Notes: a model not told the origin generated them from the sequence alone. A DNA stretch of 64,000 bases from an uncultured delta proteobacterium (GCA_963713045.1 CAVQKE010000003.1:256001-320000); one strand, 5' to 3'; positions 1-9,888 are shown, counted from the stretch's first letter. A program made the numbers and translations.

Positions 1-73
1 GAGCGGGTCCGCCGAAGTTCACGGACGTGCGCTTGGATCGAGCTACCAGCATGGGGGTTTTTAGCTTTACGCA

Positions 74-424
74 TTGAGGACCTCGCTCATTCGTTTTGTG
101 AGCCAGTTCGAGCTCGCGCCTCGGAGCTTTCTGGCTTTGCTTCCGGTAGGCCGAGCCGCCCAGCGGAGGGGTGGTGACGTGGAACATGTTCCGCTAACGG
201 AGAGCTTGGCCGAGTCCAGTGGTGAACAGGAAATCCTTCAGGTGCACGCCGCTCTAGAGATGTTGGAGAAGGTCGACGCTCGTCTCGTCCGCGTCGTGGA
301 GATGCGTTACTTCGCTGGGATGACCGAAGAGGAGATTGGACGGTCGCTGAGCATCACCGACAGAACCGTCCGGCGCGACTGGGAAAAAGCCCGCCTCCTC
401 CTGGCTGCGGCGCTGAAACCCTAG
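74..424 (+). pseudogene. 5'-truncated ECF-type sigma factor (region 4 only, TIGR02999-like)
   Basis: RRGG...VVEMRYFAGMTEEEIGRSLSITDRTVRRDWEKARLLL motif; the first ~25 codons are unrelated and region 2 is missing. Confidence 0.7.
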
Positions 425-442
425 CCTCCCCACCCCCCCCCG

Positions 443-787
443 GTGTCCGGTTCCAGGCGCGCTTTGCGTGCTGGAGGTAGGGGCCACGACGGCCCTCGCC
501 AACCAGAGGAGCTCGCCGTGGACTTCGTGCCGTTTGAGGGTGTGCCGCTTGAGGGCGGACAAGAGTGGAAGCGCCTGATGCTCGCAGTCGCAATTGGAGC
601 CGTCATGGTCATGGGGGCCTGGGTGCTCCTTGGCGCCTCCCCAATCTCCACCACGCGTTCCGTGAGCGAGGCGAGGATGATCGCGCCTTCCACGACGGCG
701 GGAGTCAATATCGCAGCGAGCGACACTGATGTGGGCCCGGGCGAGGCGGAATCGGAACTCTGCAAACATCCGGTCGCGGCGCGCTAG
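443..787 (+). CDS. hypothetical membrane-anchored protein
   Basis: One hydrophobic segment LMLAVAIGAVMVMGAWVLLG; stop lies within the IS target site. Confidence 0.3.
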   Translation: MSGSRRALRAGGRGHDGPRQPEELAVDFVPFEGVPLEGGQEWKRLMLAVAIGAVMVMGAWVLLGASPISTTRSVSEARMIAPSTTAGVNIAASDTDVGPGEAESELCKHPVAAR

Positions 788-790
788 CGG

Positions 791-2240
791 CAATGCCGAT
801 CAGTTAAGCCCAAGCGATCGCAGGCATTGAGGAATTTGGCGCGGGGCCCGGGGCCCGATGCGGGACGTTCAGAATTGATCAGAGTGCGCGTCTCAGGAGG
901 GACGCGTGCGAATCGACCAGGCTCTGAATGCAGTCGGGGCGTTTGCGGTCGCGGATAAGCTGGACCAGCTCAAGCAGCACCTAAGCGCGGACTGGGTGGA
1001 GCAGGCGCTGGCTTGGGCCGGCACAACCACTATCCGGCGAAGGCGTCTGCCCGCGGAGCAGGTTGTTTGGCTCGTCATCGGGATGGGCCTGTTCCGGAAC
1101 GAGCCCATCGAGCGCATCGTCGACATGCTCGACCTGGCGTTGCCGGACGAGCGCGACTCGTTGGTGGCCAAAAGCGCCATTAGCCAGGCGCGTCAGCGAC
1201 TCAAGGACACACCGCTCGAGTACCTCTTCGCGACAACGGCAGCGGAATGGTCGGCGCGGAGCGCCAACGCGCATCGGTGGCGAGGCCTGACTGTCTATGG
1301 CCTCGACGGCACGACGATGCGTGTTCCCGACTCACCCGAGAACCGAGAGGAATTCGGAGGCCAGGGGGCAGGCGGAGGACGAGGAGACAGCGGCTACCCG
1401 CTGGTCCGCGTGGTGGCGATGATGGCCCTGCGCTCGCACGTCCTTTCGGCCTTTCGGTTTGCCGACTACAAAACGGGCGAGGTGACGCTGGCGCGTCAGG
1501 TCTGGGAGCAGCTGCCAGCTGATTCCCTGGTCATCATCGACCGTAACTTCTTGGTGAAGCAGGACCTCTTCGCGCTCGAATGCACCGGCAACCGTCACTG
1601 GCTCTCGCGCACGAAGAAGAACACGCGCTGGGCCATCGTCGAGAGACTCGGCAAGGACGACTACCTGGTCGAGCTGGAGCTACACGGGAAGGGGCTGCCA
1701 AGCACGTACCCGGTCCGAGCAATTCACTACAAGCGCAAGGGCTACCCTCGCTCGACGCTGCTCACGTCCCTCACCGACCCCGAGAAGTTTCCGGCCCAGG
1801 AACTGGTCGCGCTCTACCACGAGCGGTGGGAAGCGGAGATTGCGTACGACGAGGTGAAGACTCACCTGCTTGACCGCCAGGAAGCCATCCGGAGTCGGAC
1901 ACCCGAAGGCGTACGGCAGGAGCTCTGGGGAATTGCGCTTGCGTACAACCTCGTGCGCGTCGAGATGGAACGAACGGCCGCGGAAGCCGGTGTCCCGCCA
2001 ACACGCATCAGCTTCACCGCGTCGCTCGCACTCATCCGAGACGAACTCGGCCGAATGGGAGGGGCTCGCTTTTTGCCGGGCACCATTCCCAAACGCCTAA
2101 TGAGCATGCGACGACACCTCAAACGGCTGATTCTCCCCGAACGCCGAACCGAGCGCGTCTTTCCCCGGGCCGTGAAGCTCAAGATGAGCTCCTATCCCCG
2201 CAAGCGCCCCCAGGGGAGCCTCCCTAAGTGAACGGCATTG
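791..2240 (+). mobile_element. IS4-family insertion sequence (IS4 subgroup), copy 1, 1450 bp
   Basis: IRL CAATGCCGATCAGTTAAG; IRR CTAAGTGAACGGCATTG; 10-bp TSD GCGCTAGCGG at 781-790 and 2241-2250. Confidence 0.95.
906..2231 (+). CDS. IS4-family DDE transposase
   Basis: 441 aa; RRRRLPAEQVVW N-terminus, LDGTT, IDRNF, Y-HE-R-WEA-E-IAYDEV-K (YREK) signature. Confidence 0.95.
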   Translation: MRIDQALNAVGAFAVADKLDQLKQHLSADWVEQALAWAGTTTIRRRRLPAEQVVWLVIGMGLFRNEPIERIVDMLDLALPDERDSLVAKSAISQARQRLKDTPLEYLFATTAAEWSARSANAHRWRGLTVYGLDGTTMRVPDSPENREEFGGQGAGGGRGDSGYPLVRVVAMMALRSHVLSAFRFADYKTGEVTLARQVWEQLPADSLVIIDRNFLVKQDLFALECTGNRHWLSRTKKNTRWAIVERLGKDDYLVELELHGKGLPSTYPVRAIHYKRKGYPRSTLLTSLTDPEKFPAQELVALYHERWEAEIAYDEVKTHLLDRQEAIRSRTPEGVRQELWGIALAYNLVRVEMERTAAEAGVPPTRISFTASLALIRDELGRMGGARFLPGTIPKRLMSMRRHLKRLILPERRTERVFPRAVKLKMSSYPRKRPQGSLPK

Positions 2241-2393
2241 GCGCTAGCGGTGCGCTAGCGGTGGGCCAAAGTGCCAAAGAGGTTCTGCTCGGAGCTGGGT
2301 ACACGCGCCATTCAGACGACAGCTTAGAACCCCCCTCTCGCAAATCAAGGCACTTCAACTGGTAGCGGCATGTCCGCACTCAGTCCTTTGAAA

Positions 2394-2418
2394 GGGTTCG
2401 AATCCCGGCAGGGTCACT
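2394..2418 (+). repeat. tRNA 3'-end fragment / att-core copy A
   Basis: GGGTTCGAATCCCGGCAGGGTCACT = T-loop + 3' T-stem + 3' acceptor strand; identical to copies B and C. Confidence 0.85.
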
Positions 2419-2658
2419 TACAGCATCGCTTTTGAGAGGAGAAGGGGAGGGTTCGGTTCTTCTATCCCCGGAAGGGTATTAAGAATTAGCCGCCTTAGTG
2501 TTTTGCAAAATTCCTTCTGCGGGGATTTGGGTGTTTATGTATTCGTCAGCTGAACGCATTGAGGCGGTTGGGGGCCTTTCGCTAACACGCGCTGGTTAAC
2601 GTTTGAGAACAGGCAGCGCAGCTGAATCGGGAATTTCAATTGGACCTGCCGGTGCCGT

Positions 2659-3186
2659 TCACGCTCCTCGTCCCTTTCCTTTCCGGCGCCGTCGTCGCGG
2701 GGAAAGGGCCGTCCAAGTAGCCGCCAGAATCCTTGGATCGATGGTGAAATCCTCCGGCCCTCCGGCGGTCGCGAGGAGCGGGGCGGCGAGGGCGTGCAGG
2801 GGATTCACAAGATAGTTGAACTCCCCAGGGACATGGACACTGGGGACGCGAAGAACGGGGCTCCGTCCTTCACGAATCCACCGAGTCCCGAGCGTGCGAG
2901 TGGCCTGGAGGTGTCGGACGCCCTTCCAGCGCGCAGGAAGCCTCGCCGTGTCGACCGTCTCGACCGGCGTTAGAGACGCGTCCAGGTCGAGCCACCACCA
3001 GGTCGCTTCGGCGGGCACCGACCCGGGAGTCAGGTGCGCCAGAAACTCGAGGACGCTGAGCGCCTTCGTCCCGGCCGTGTAGACGATGCGCACGCCACGC
3101 TCGTGCCAGCGCCCGGCGACGTACAGCCCGCCCTCTCCAGTAAAGGGCGGATGGCGGCGCTTAGCCACGCGCCAGAGGGGTATCAC
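2659..3186 (-). CDS. RES-domain toxin (MbcT/ParT-like)
   Basis: AGRWH...YTA...SVLE...RVPSVHVPGEFNYLVNP; GTG start overlaps the antitoxin stop (GTGA). Confidence 0.88.
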   Translation of the reverse strand: MIPLWRVAKRRHPPFTGEGGLYVAGRWHERGVRIVYTAGTKALSVLEFLAHLTPGSVPAEATWWWLDLDASLTPVETVDTARLPARWKGVRHLQATRTLGTRWIREGRSPVLRVPSVHVPGEFNYLVNPLHALAAPLLATAGGPEDFTIDPRILAATWTALSPRRRRRKGKGRGA

Positions 3187-3627
3187 GCGAAGAAACCGTA
3201 TTCGATCCGAAGCAGTGCCTCCTCGACGGCGCGAGCACCCTCGTCTGTGTCGAGCAGGTCGACGGGCCGCTCCCCGCCAAGAGCGGGCACCGGTTCGCGC
3301 AGCCACGCGCGGGCCTGCACAGGACCCTCGAGGACGTGCTCCGCGAGAAGGGAAGCCCTAGCAAGGCGAACGAGCTTCTGTGAATCATCCGGGGCGAGGT
3401 GTTGCTTCGACGCGAGCCGGCGAAAGATGCTCGCGCGTCCGACGCGCAGGGCACGAATCAACTCCTCCCTCGTCAGTCCAGCGCGATTCTGCGGCCCGCT
3501 GAAAAGCGGACGAGGGAAGACCTTCGCGCAACACAGCAATGAGGTCCCCACGCCGGCCGCGCACCCCTAGGGCGTCAAGAACCATTCGCGCGTCTGGCCG
3601 GGGATTCAGGCTCGGCTTGGTCTCCAC
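3183..3627 (-). pseudogene. Xre/MbcA/ParS-type antitoxin, frameshifted near 3485
   Basis: GGAGG RBS + GTG at 3627 (...LREGLPSSAFQRAAE) continues in another frame as GLTREEL...ARAWLREPVPALGGERPVDLLDTDEG...IEYG. Confidence 0.8.
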
Positions 3628-3648
3628 GTGCGCCTCCTCTGCGCTAAG

Positions 3649-3665
3649 TACCAAATGAGATGGTA
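3649..3665. promoter_or_regulatory. palindrome upstream of the Xre-RES operon, probable autorepression operator
   Basis: TACCA-N7-TGGTA, 22 bp upstream of the antitoxin start. Confidence 0.45.
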
Positions 3666-3765
3666 ACAACATGCCATTCGGGATGCCAGTGGCTTTTTTT
3701 GCGGGTTGGACCATGTGCCTGGCCAAAATCCCTCCTGTAGCTCGCCTCACGTTAGTCTTTTGAAA

Positions 3766-3790
3766 GGGTTCGAATCCCGGCAGGGTCACT
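3766..3790 (+). repeat. tRNA 3'-end fragment / att-core copy B
   Basis: Exact 25-mer; shares upstream AGTC(C/T)TTTGAAA with A and downstream CAGCA..TTTCAGA.GA.AA with A and C. Confidence 0.85.
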
Positions 3791-4002
3791 AGCAGCACGC
3801 CGTTTCAGACGAGAAACGGGTTCTTGTCACTCAGTGGTGGGTTTGCCGAAAAGCTGATTAGGCACGCCCGTTTCTTGGTGGTGCGCACCCGTCGGGCGAA
3901 ATTCGTTCTAGAAGGGACGGACCGACTGGCTCTGCTCTGCCTCGAGAGGGTTGCGTCGTCTCGCCGTCGCCGCGACTCAAGGGCCGGGCATCAACCCTGA
4001 AA

Positions 4003-4488
4003 CTACGACCTCTTCTTCCTCCCTCCGAAGAACGGGATGGCCGCGGCCTGCTTCATCCACGAGGCCGCTTGGCGCTCGTCGAGCTCGCCCACGGACTTGA
4101 GCTCGACACCCCGTGTGGACTTGCCCATTCCGATCGGCATCACCGGCGGTTCAGGCTTCAGCTCCGTGCCGCGTATGAACATCAGCTTCACATGGCCGAC
4201 GAAGGCGCCGGATGAGAAGCACCAGCCCCCGCCAATACCGTAGTACGCCATTCCCCACTTCACGGAACGCTGGAGGTCCGGCAACGCCTTAGCCGCAAGG
4301 GCATCGATGCGCTCGGCGATGCCGCGCTGCGGCTGCGGCAGGCTGGCGATGTAGGCGAAGACGGGGTCGTCGCCATCACCGGCCTTCGCGGCGCTTGCCT
4401 TTCCGGTCATGGCAACCAACAGCTTCGTGACGGTTTGGCGTTGGGCGGTCTTCCTGCCCTTGGGCTTGTGCTTGGCGACGCGATTCAT
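4003..4488 (-). CDS. DUF1801 (YdhG-like) protein
   Basis: AYIASLPQPQR...SVKWGMAYY...HVKLMFIRG pattern. Confidence 0.8.
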   Translation of the reverse strand: MNRVAKHKPKGRKTAQRQTVTKLLVAMTGKASAAKAGDGDDPVFAYIASLPQPQRGIAERIDALAAKALPDLQRSVKWGMAYYGIGGGWCFSSGAFVGHVKLMFIRGTELKPEPPVMPIGMGKSTRGVELKSVGELDERQAASWMKQAAAIPFFGGRKKRS

Positions 4489-4683
4489 TCGGCTTACTTT
4501 TGGTAGGCGTTCACCGGGAATCTAGGCGGCGATGGGCTGGGCAGGAAGGGTCCCGCCGTTCTACTCAAGCGCGAGCTCCTGGCCGGCGAGGACCGAGCGT
4601 AACAAGCCGAACATGTCGACGACACATACATCACGCATCGTTCAAGTTGACATCTGATGCGAAGACGGCTCAAGCTATAAATC

Positions 4684-4932
4684 ATGCCACGGACAACAAT
4701 CGACATCGATGCCCCCATCCTTCGCGATCTGAAGAAGCTGCAGAAGCGCGAGGGGAAGCCCCTCGGGCGGCTTGTCAGCGAACTCTTGGCGCTCGCGCTC
4801 CGCCGTGAGAAAGCCCCGCCGCCGGTCCCCTTCCGCTGGACCGCGCGCGCGATGGGCGCCCCACTCGTGGACCTCGGCGACAAGGACGCACTCTGGGCAG
4901 CCCTAACGGCTGTCGACGCGCCACAGCGATGA
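4684..4932 (+). CDS. vapB: VapB-type antitoxin
   Basis: MPRTTIDID ribbon-helix-helix-like start; ATGA overlap with the PIN toxin. Confidence 0.8.
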   Translation: MPRTTIDIDAPILRDLKKLQKREGKPLGRLVSELLALALRREKAPPPVPFRWTARAMGAPLVDLGDKDALWAALTAVDAPQR

Positions 4933-5366
4933 GCTTTGCCCTCGACGCCAACGTTTTGCTGTACGCGTCGAACACGGTAAGCCCTGAGCACGTGCGCGCA
5001 CGCGATTTTCTTTCGGCCTGCGCCAGAGGCACCGAGTTGCTCTGCCTGGGCTGGCCAACGCTGATGGCGTACCTCCGGATTAGCACCCACCCCGCCATTT
5101 TCCCGACCCCATTGAGCCAGGGCGAGGCCGAGGGCAACATCCATGCACTGCTCCAGCTTCCTCACGTTCGGGTGGTCTCCGAGCTGGACGGGTTCTGGGA
5201 GGTCTACTGCGAGGTCTCCGCGACAACTCGCGCACGGGGCAACCTCGTCCCGGATGCCCACCTCGCGGCAATCCTGAAGCAGAACGGCATCGCGACCCTC
5301 TGCACGAACGACTCGGACTTTCGCCGGTTCGATTTCCTCGAGCTGCGAAACCCGTTCTCACCATAG
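4929..5366 (+). CDS. vapC: VapC PIN-domain toxin
   Basis: DANVLLYA...GNLVPDAHLAA...TNDSDF acidic motifs. Confidence 0.9.
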   Translation: MSFALDANVLLYASNTVSPEHVRARDFLSACARGTELLCLGWPTLMAYLRISTHPAIFPTPLSQGEAEGNIHALLQLPHVRVVSELDGFWEVYCEVSATTRARGNLVPDAHLAAILKQNGIATLCTNDSDFRRFDFLELRNPFSP

Positions 5367-5381
5367 GAGGAACACGTTCCC

Positions 5382-5406
5382 GGGTTCGAATCCCGGCAGG
5401 GTCACT
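5382..5406 (+). repeat. tRNA 3'-end fragment / att-core copy C
   Basis: Exact 25-mer with complete T-stem CCGGG-TTCGAAT-CCCGG, 15 bp after the vapC stop. Confidence 0.85.
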
Positions 5407-5838
5407 CGCAGCACCCCGTTTCAGAGGAAAAATCAGCCCGCAGCTCAACTGGCAGCACAACTGGCATCAGAGGAGCCCGGGTTTAGCGCCAGCCACCTGG
5501 GGTTCGGTCGCCTTCGCTCTGGCGCCTGCGACACTGCCAACTGGCGAGGCGTTCCTCACCCTTTCGCTAGGTTGCCCGGGCGGCTCGGCGTCCACTCGTC
5601 GTCGACCGTCTCCGCCTCTGTGAACTCGCAGCGCTGTGTCACATCCGAGTGAGTAACGCCATCCGCGCGCTGCCGACGGACTTGGCCAGCTACCTTTCTG
5701 CATCGGCGCAGCGGGTGCCTGAGGCGCCTTGAGCAGCTGTTGTCGGGATCGACGCCGCGACAGCAGACGAGGCGTGGCACCACCCTGCACGCCAGCGTCG
5801 CTGCATGCATCGCTGGCGTGCTTGCCATTTGAGAGCGG

Positions 5839-6426
5839 TCACGCCGGGTGGGCGGCGATGGACCGTATGGCGCGGTCGCGCGGGTGCCCGAGCCGGTACA
5901 GGCGCGCAGAGAACACGATGAGCGCCGCGCCGAACGCGACGGCGTACGTCGCGATAAGCCACGCCAGCGACAGGGCGCCAGCGCCCGGGAATAAAATGAC
6001 GCCGACGCCGAACGCGATTGACAACACGCCGCTCAGTGCGAGCAAGCCGGCTCCGCTCAGCTCTTTGCGCCACGTAATCGCGGCGCCGATCTGCATTGCG
6101 CCGACGATGACGGCCCAAACGGCGATGTTGACGAGCAGCACGACGCCGGTAATGCCGGGACGCCAGAACGTGAGGGTGCCGGCGACCAGGCCGGTGAGCC
6201 CGGCGAAAAGCACCCAGCCCCAGCCAGGCAGGGTCTTGTGCTCAGCGATGGCGTAGACGACGCTCACCGCACCGTCTGTGAGCGTGTAAGCGCCCCAAAG
6301 GAGGACGAGCGCAAAGAGGCTCAGGCCGGGCATAAAGAAAGTGAGGATACCGAACGCGACCGCCGCAAGCCCGCGCAACAACGGCACCCACCAGCGGTCA
6401 ACAACAGTCTGTAGTACGCGATTCAT
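5839..6426 (-). CDS. HdeD/DUF308 family membrane protein
   Basis: WWVPLLRGLAAVAFG...P; about six TM helices; ATG at 6426 with GGAG RBS. Confidence 0.85.
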   Translation of the reverse strand: MNRVLQTVVDRWWVPLLRGLAAVAFGILTFFMPGLSLFALVLLWGAYTLTDGAVSVVYAIAEHKTLPGWGWVLFAGLTGLVAGTLTFWRPGITGVVLLVNIAVWAVIVGAMQIGAAITWRKELSGAGLLALSGVLSIAFGVGVILFPGAGALSLAWLIATYAVAFGAALIVFSARLYRLGHPRDRAIRSIAAHPA

Positions 6427-6500
6427 GATTACGTCTCCTTTTCTTAGAGTGAAACTGCTTTGAACAGCATCGGGACTGCCGTAGCAGCACCGGAATCTCC

Positions 6501-7817
6501 TCAATGCACCGCTTGCGCAGGCAGCGCTCCCGCCGGCGGGAGCGCGGTCGCCCCGTTCGTGGGATCCGGCAGCCGCACCTGCGCCGAGTCCGCCGTGAAG
6601 AAGAGCGCAACGGTCCAGTCGCCGATGAGCCGAAGCTTTCGCTCCCACCGAGGCATTTTGAACAGGTAGGCCGTGCGCCACAGCCACCACGCGAAGAAGC
6701 CGCGAACGCGCACGCCGAAGAACTGACCGACGCCCGTTCTGTCGCCGAGTAGCGCCAGCGTGCCCACCGTCTGATATTCAAACGGTTCGAGGCTGCCGCC
6801 GTCGATCGTCTTCGCGATGTTGCGAGCGAGCGCCTTCGCCTCGCGCAGCGCGTGCTGCGCGAGCGGGGGGTAGGTCTGCCCGGGCCGCCCCGGCACGGGT
6901 ATGGCCGCGTTGTCGCCGAGCGCCCAAACCTCGGGGTGGCTCAGGCTGCGCATCGTCTGGTCGGTCGCGATGCGGCCCCGCTTGTCGCGCGCGACGGCAA
7001 AGCCCGAGATGAGCGGGTTCACCGCCAGCCCCGCTGCGTAGACGACGGTGCCCGCGGCCAGCACCGAGCCGTCGCCGAGGTGCACTTCGCCTGGCTCGAT
7101 TTTCTTCACCGCCGTGGACGTCTGCACCTGAACCCCGCGGCCGCGGAAGGTCTTCTCGACGTAGGAGGCGAGCTTCGGATCGAGGTCGGCCACGAGCTGT
7201 GGCTGCGCCTCGACGACGTGAAGCGAGACGTCTTCGCGCGCGATGGTCCGGTACGTCTCTCGTAGGCTCGAGAGCAGGTGCGAGAGCTCGCCGGCGAGCT
7301 CGACGCCGACCAGGCCGCCTCCGATCACTACGAAGCGCAACAGCTGCCGGCGCCGATCGGGGTTACGCTCGATGGACGCTCGCTCGAACGCGTCGATAAC
7401 GTGGCTGCGCAGCGCGATGGCGTCTTCGACCGTCTTGAACGGCAGTGTGTGCTGCGACGAGCCGGGCACCAGGTCGTACCGGGGCACGCCGCCTAGCGCG
7501 ATGACGAGTTGGTCGTACGGTGCGCTCAAGGCCTCGGCGCCGTTCCATGCCGACACCACGCGCCGCGTGAAGTCGACGTTGGTGATCTCCGCGCGCACGA
7601 ACCGTGTCCGCCTGAGCAGCGGCCGCACCGGGTTGACGACGTGGCGCACGTCGACCGCTCCCGACGCCGCTTCGAACAGCAGCGGAGTCATCAGGTAGAA
7701 ATTGTCTCGGCTCATGAGCGTGACTTCGACGTCGTCACGCTTTCGCCACAGGCGCTCGAGCTCGACCGCGACGTAGGTGCCGCCGAAGCCCGCTCCGAGG
7801 ATGACGATCCTCTTCAT
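6501..7817 (-). CDS. type II NADH dehydrogenase-like FAD/NAD oxidoreductase
   Basis: GAGFGG, TPLL, GGGLVGVELAGE, ALGD, PPLAQHA motifs. Confidence 0.9.
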   Translation of the reverse strand: MKRIVILGAGFGGTYVAVELERLWRKRDDVEVTLMSRDNFYLMTPLLFEAASGAVDVRHVVNPVRPLLRRTRFVRAEITNVDFTRRVVSAWNGAEALSAPYDQLVIALGGVPRYDLVPGSSQHTLPFKTVEDAIALRSHVIDAFERASIERNPDRRRQLLRFVVIGGGLVGVELAGELSHLLSSLRETYRTIAREDVSLHVVEAQPQLVADLDPKLASYVEKTFRGRGVQVQTSTAVKKIEPGEVHLGDGSVLAAGTVVYAAGLAVNPLISGFAVARDKRGRIATDQTMRSLSHPEVWALGDNAAIPVPGRPGQTYPPLAQHALREAKALARNIAKTIDGGSLEPFEYQTVGTLALLGDRTGVGQFFGVRVRGFFAWWLWRTAYLFKMPRWERKLRLIGDWTVALFFTADSAQVRLPDPTNGATALPPAGALPAQAVH

Positions 7818-8044
7818 GGCGCCCCTCCCTGCGCGAGGTAGCCGCCGTCGACGGAGTAGTAGGCGCCGGTGACGAGCGACGCCTTGTCGGAGGCAATCCA
7901 GAGCGTGAGCTCGGTCACCTCGGCCCGCGTGCCCATTCGCCCAAGCGGGTGCAGCGCGACGAGCACCGGTGCGGGTGTCGACTTGCGAGCAGAGAAGACG
8001 AGCGCCGATTGCGCGCTGTCGATCTCGAATCGTTCCCGGTCCAT
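7814..8044 (-). pseudogene. in-frame deletion fusion of YceI N-terminus and SDR C-terminus
   Basis: MDRERFEIDSAQSALVFSARK (compare MNTERWAVDSGHSGLHFSVRH of the YceI at 12519) joined to LHPLGRMG...VTGAYYSVDGGYLAQ. Confidence 0.7.
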
Positions 8045-8057
8045 GCCGGGCGGTAGG

Positions 8058-8073
8058 AGCAACGCCCGTGCCA
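8058..8073 (-). promoter_or_regulatory. sigma54 -24/-12 promoter
   Basis: TGGCACGGGCGTTGCT, consensus match, divergent from a sigma54 activator. Confidence 0.85.
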
Positions 8074-8159
8074 GCCGTCTGCGCAGCAGGCGCCGGCGCT
8101 TGTGCGACATGGTCTTCTCATTATGATGTGCGACTATTTCCTTTTGATTGGGGGCTTCC

Positions 8160-9803
8160 ATGCGCGCCGCGGACCTCGATTTACGGGAACTGTTGTCCAT
8201 GGAACGGCCTGGAGTCCTCCGCTTCGCCGGCCAGCGCGCCGTGATCTTGGAGACAGTCGCGCTCGGCCTATTGCGACGCGAGCTCATCGAGACACTCGGA
8301 ATGAAGGCCGCCCGCGGCGTGCTGACGCGCTTCGGTTATGCGCACGGGCGGCGGACCGCGGAGACCCTTAAAGACACCTTCCCGTGGGACGACGAGGGCG
8401 AGTGGGCGGACGCGGGCGAACGGCTTCATACGCTACAGGGCCTGGTAAACGTCGAGAGCCTCGCGCCCCACGCGATGTCGACGCGGGCCGACGAGGGCGG
8501 AGCCATCTGGCACGATTCGTATGAAGCCGAGCAGCACCTGCTGCACCTGGGCCAGGCGGACGAGCCGGTGTGCTGGACGCTCGCGGGCTTCGCGAGCGGT
8601 TACTCGTCGTTCGTTGGCGGACGGCAAATCTACTGCGTCGAGGAGCGCTGCCGAGGCAAGGGCGACGCCGTCTGCCAGCTCGTCGGCCGCTCGCGCGAGA
8701 GGTGGGGCGACGCCCTGTCGTCGCTGCTACCGTACTACGAGAAGGCGGGCATGGACGACGCGCTTGAGCGGGTGACGGCGGAGCTCAAACGCGTCGAGTC
8801 GCGCCTGCGCCTGCGCCAGAAGGCGCTGGAACCGAAGACAGCGGCCATCATCGACTCATCGGGCATCGTCGCCCGGAGCCCGGCGATGCAGAAGGTGCTC
8901 GACCTTGCGCGCCGCGTGGCGAAGGTCGACTCGACGGTGCTCATCACTGGCGAGAGCGGCGTCGGAAAGGAACGCATCTCGCGCCTTATCCACGATGAGT
9001 CGGCGCGGGTCGGCAGGCCCTTCGTGGCCGTCAACTGCGGCGCGGTTCCCGAGACCCTGCTCGAGTCGGAGCTCTTCGGCCACGTAAGAGGCGCTTTTAC
9101 CGGCGCGTCACAGGATCGCGCAGGGCTCTTCGAAGCGGCCAACGGAGGCACGCTGCTGCTCGACGAGATCGGCGAGATGCCGCCCCCGATGCAGGTGAAG
9201 CTATTGCGCGCGCTGCAGGAGCGCGAGGTGCGGCGCGTTGGCGAGAACAAGACACGGCAAGTCGACGTGCGGGTGCTCGCCGCGACCAACCGCGATCTGG
9301 CGGCCGAAGTGCATGCCGCACGCTTCCGGCAGGATCTGTTCTACCGCCTGCGCGTCATCGAGCTCAGAGTGCCGCCGCTGCGGGAGCGGCGTGAAGACAT
9401 ACTGCCGCTCGCGCGCACGTTCCTAAAGGCGGCCGCCGAACGCACGCACCGCAAGGTGACCGAGCTAACGCCCGAGGCGGCGAATCAGCTCTTCCGCTAC
9501 GGCTGGCCGGGCAACGTGCGTGAGCTCGAGAACGCCATCGAGCACGCGGTGGTGCTCGCGACGGGCAGCCGCGTCGACGCAGACGACCTTCCCCGCGAGC
9601 TTTCCGTCGCGCTCCCCGAGGCGTACGCGGCCGGCGAGGTGCATTCCCTGGGGGACGTCGAGCGCGACTACATTCTCGCGGTGGTTCGCGCGAATCACGG
9701 CAACAAGCTTAAAGCCGCCGAGCAGCTGAAGATCGGCACCGCGACCTTGTACCGCAAGCTCAAGCAATATGAGGGCGCGCGTCGGCCCAGGCAGAGGACT
9801 TAA
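8160..9803 (+). CDS. XylR/DmpR-like sigma54-dependent activator (XylR_N-V4R-AAA-HTH)
   Basis: RFGYAHG, SYEAEQH...PVCWTLAGFASGY, GESGVGKE, GAFTGA, C-terminal HTH TLYRKLK. Confidence 0.93.
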   Translation: MRAADLDLRELLSMERPGVLRFAGQRAVILETVALGLLRRELIETLGMKAARGVLTRFGYAHGRRTAETLKDTFPWDDEGEWADAGERLHTLQGLVNVESLAPHAMSTRADEGGAIWHDSYEAEQHLLHLGQADEPVCWTLAGFASGYSSFVGGRQIYCVEERCRGKGDAVCQLVGRSRERWGDALSSLLPYYEKAGMDDALERVTAELKRVESRLRLRQKALEPKTAAIIDSSGIVARSPAMQKVLDLARRVAKVDSTVLITGESGVGKERISRLIHDESARVGRPFVAVNCGAVPETLLESELFGHVRGAFTGASQDRAGLFEAANGGTLLLDEIGEMPPPMQVKLLRALQEREVRRVGENKTRQVDVRVLAATNRDLAAEVHAARFRQDLFYRLRVIELRVPPLRERREDILPLARTFLKAAAERTHRKVTELTPEAANQLFRYGWPGNVRELENAIEHAVVLATGSRVDADDLPRELSVALPEAYAAGEVHSLGDVERDYILAVVRANHGNKLKAAEQLKIGTATLYRKLKQYEGARRPRQRT

Positions 9804-9888
9804 TGCCTCTGTGGCGAAGGGGGGCCCTCGGTAGGCGCTCGAACGCGGGGGACGGGTGGTGCTGTACGCGCTCCCCGCGCCGAGCTGC

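Noticed and set aside
61..79. TTAGCTTTACGCATTGAGG similar to the motif near 2546-2563
   Set aside because: Short imperfect match with no tRNA core visible nearby; cannot be assessed without upstream sequence.
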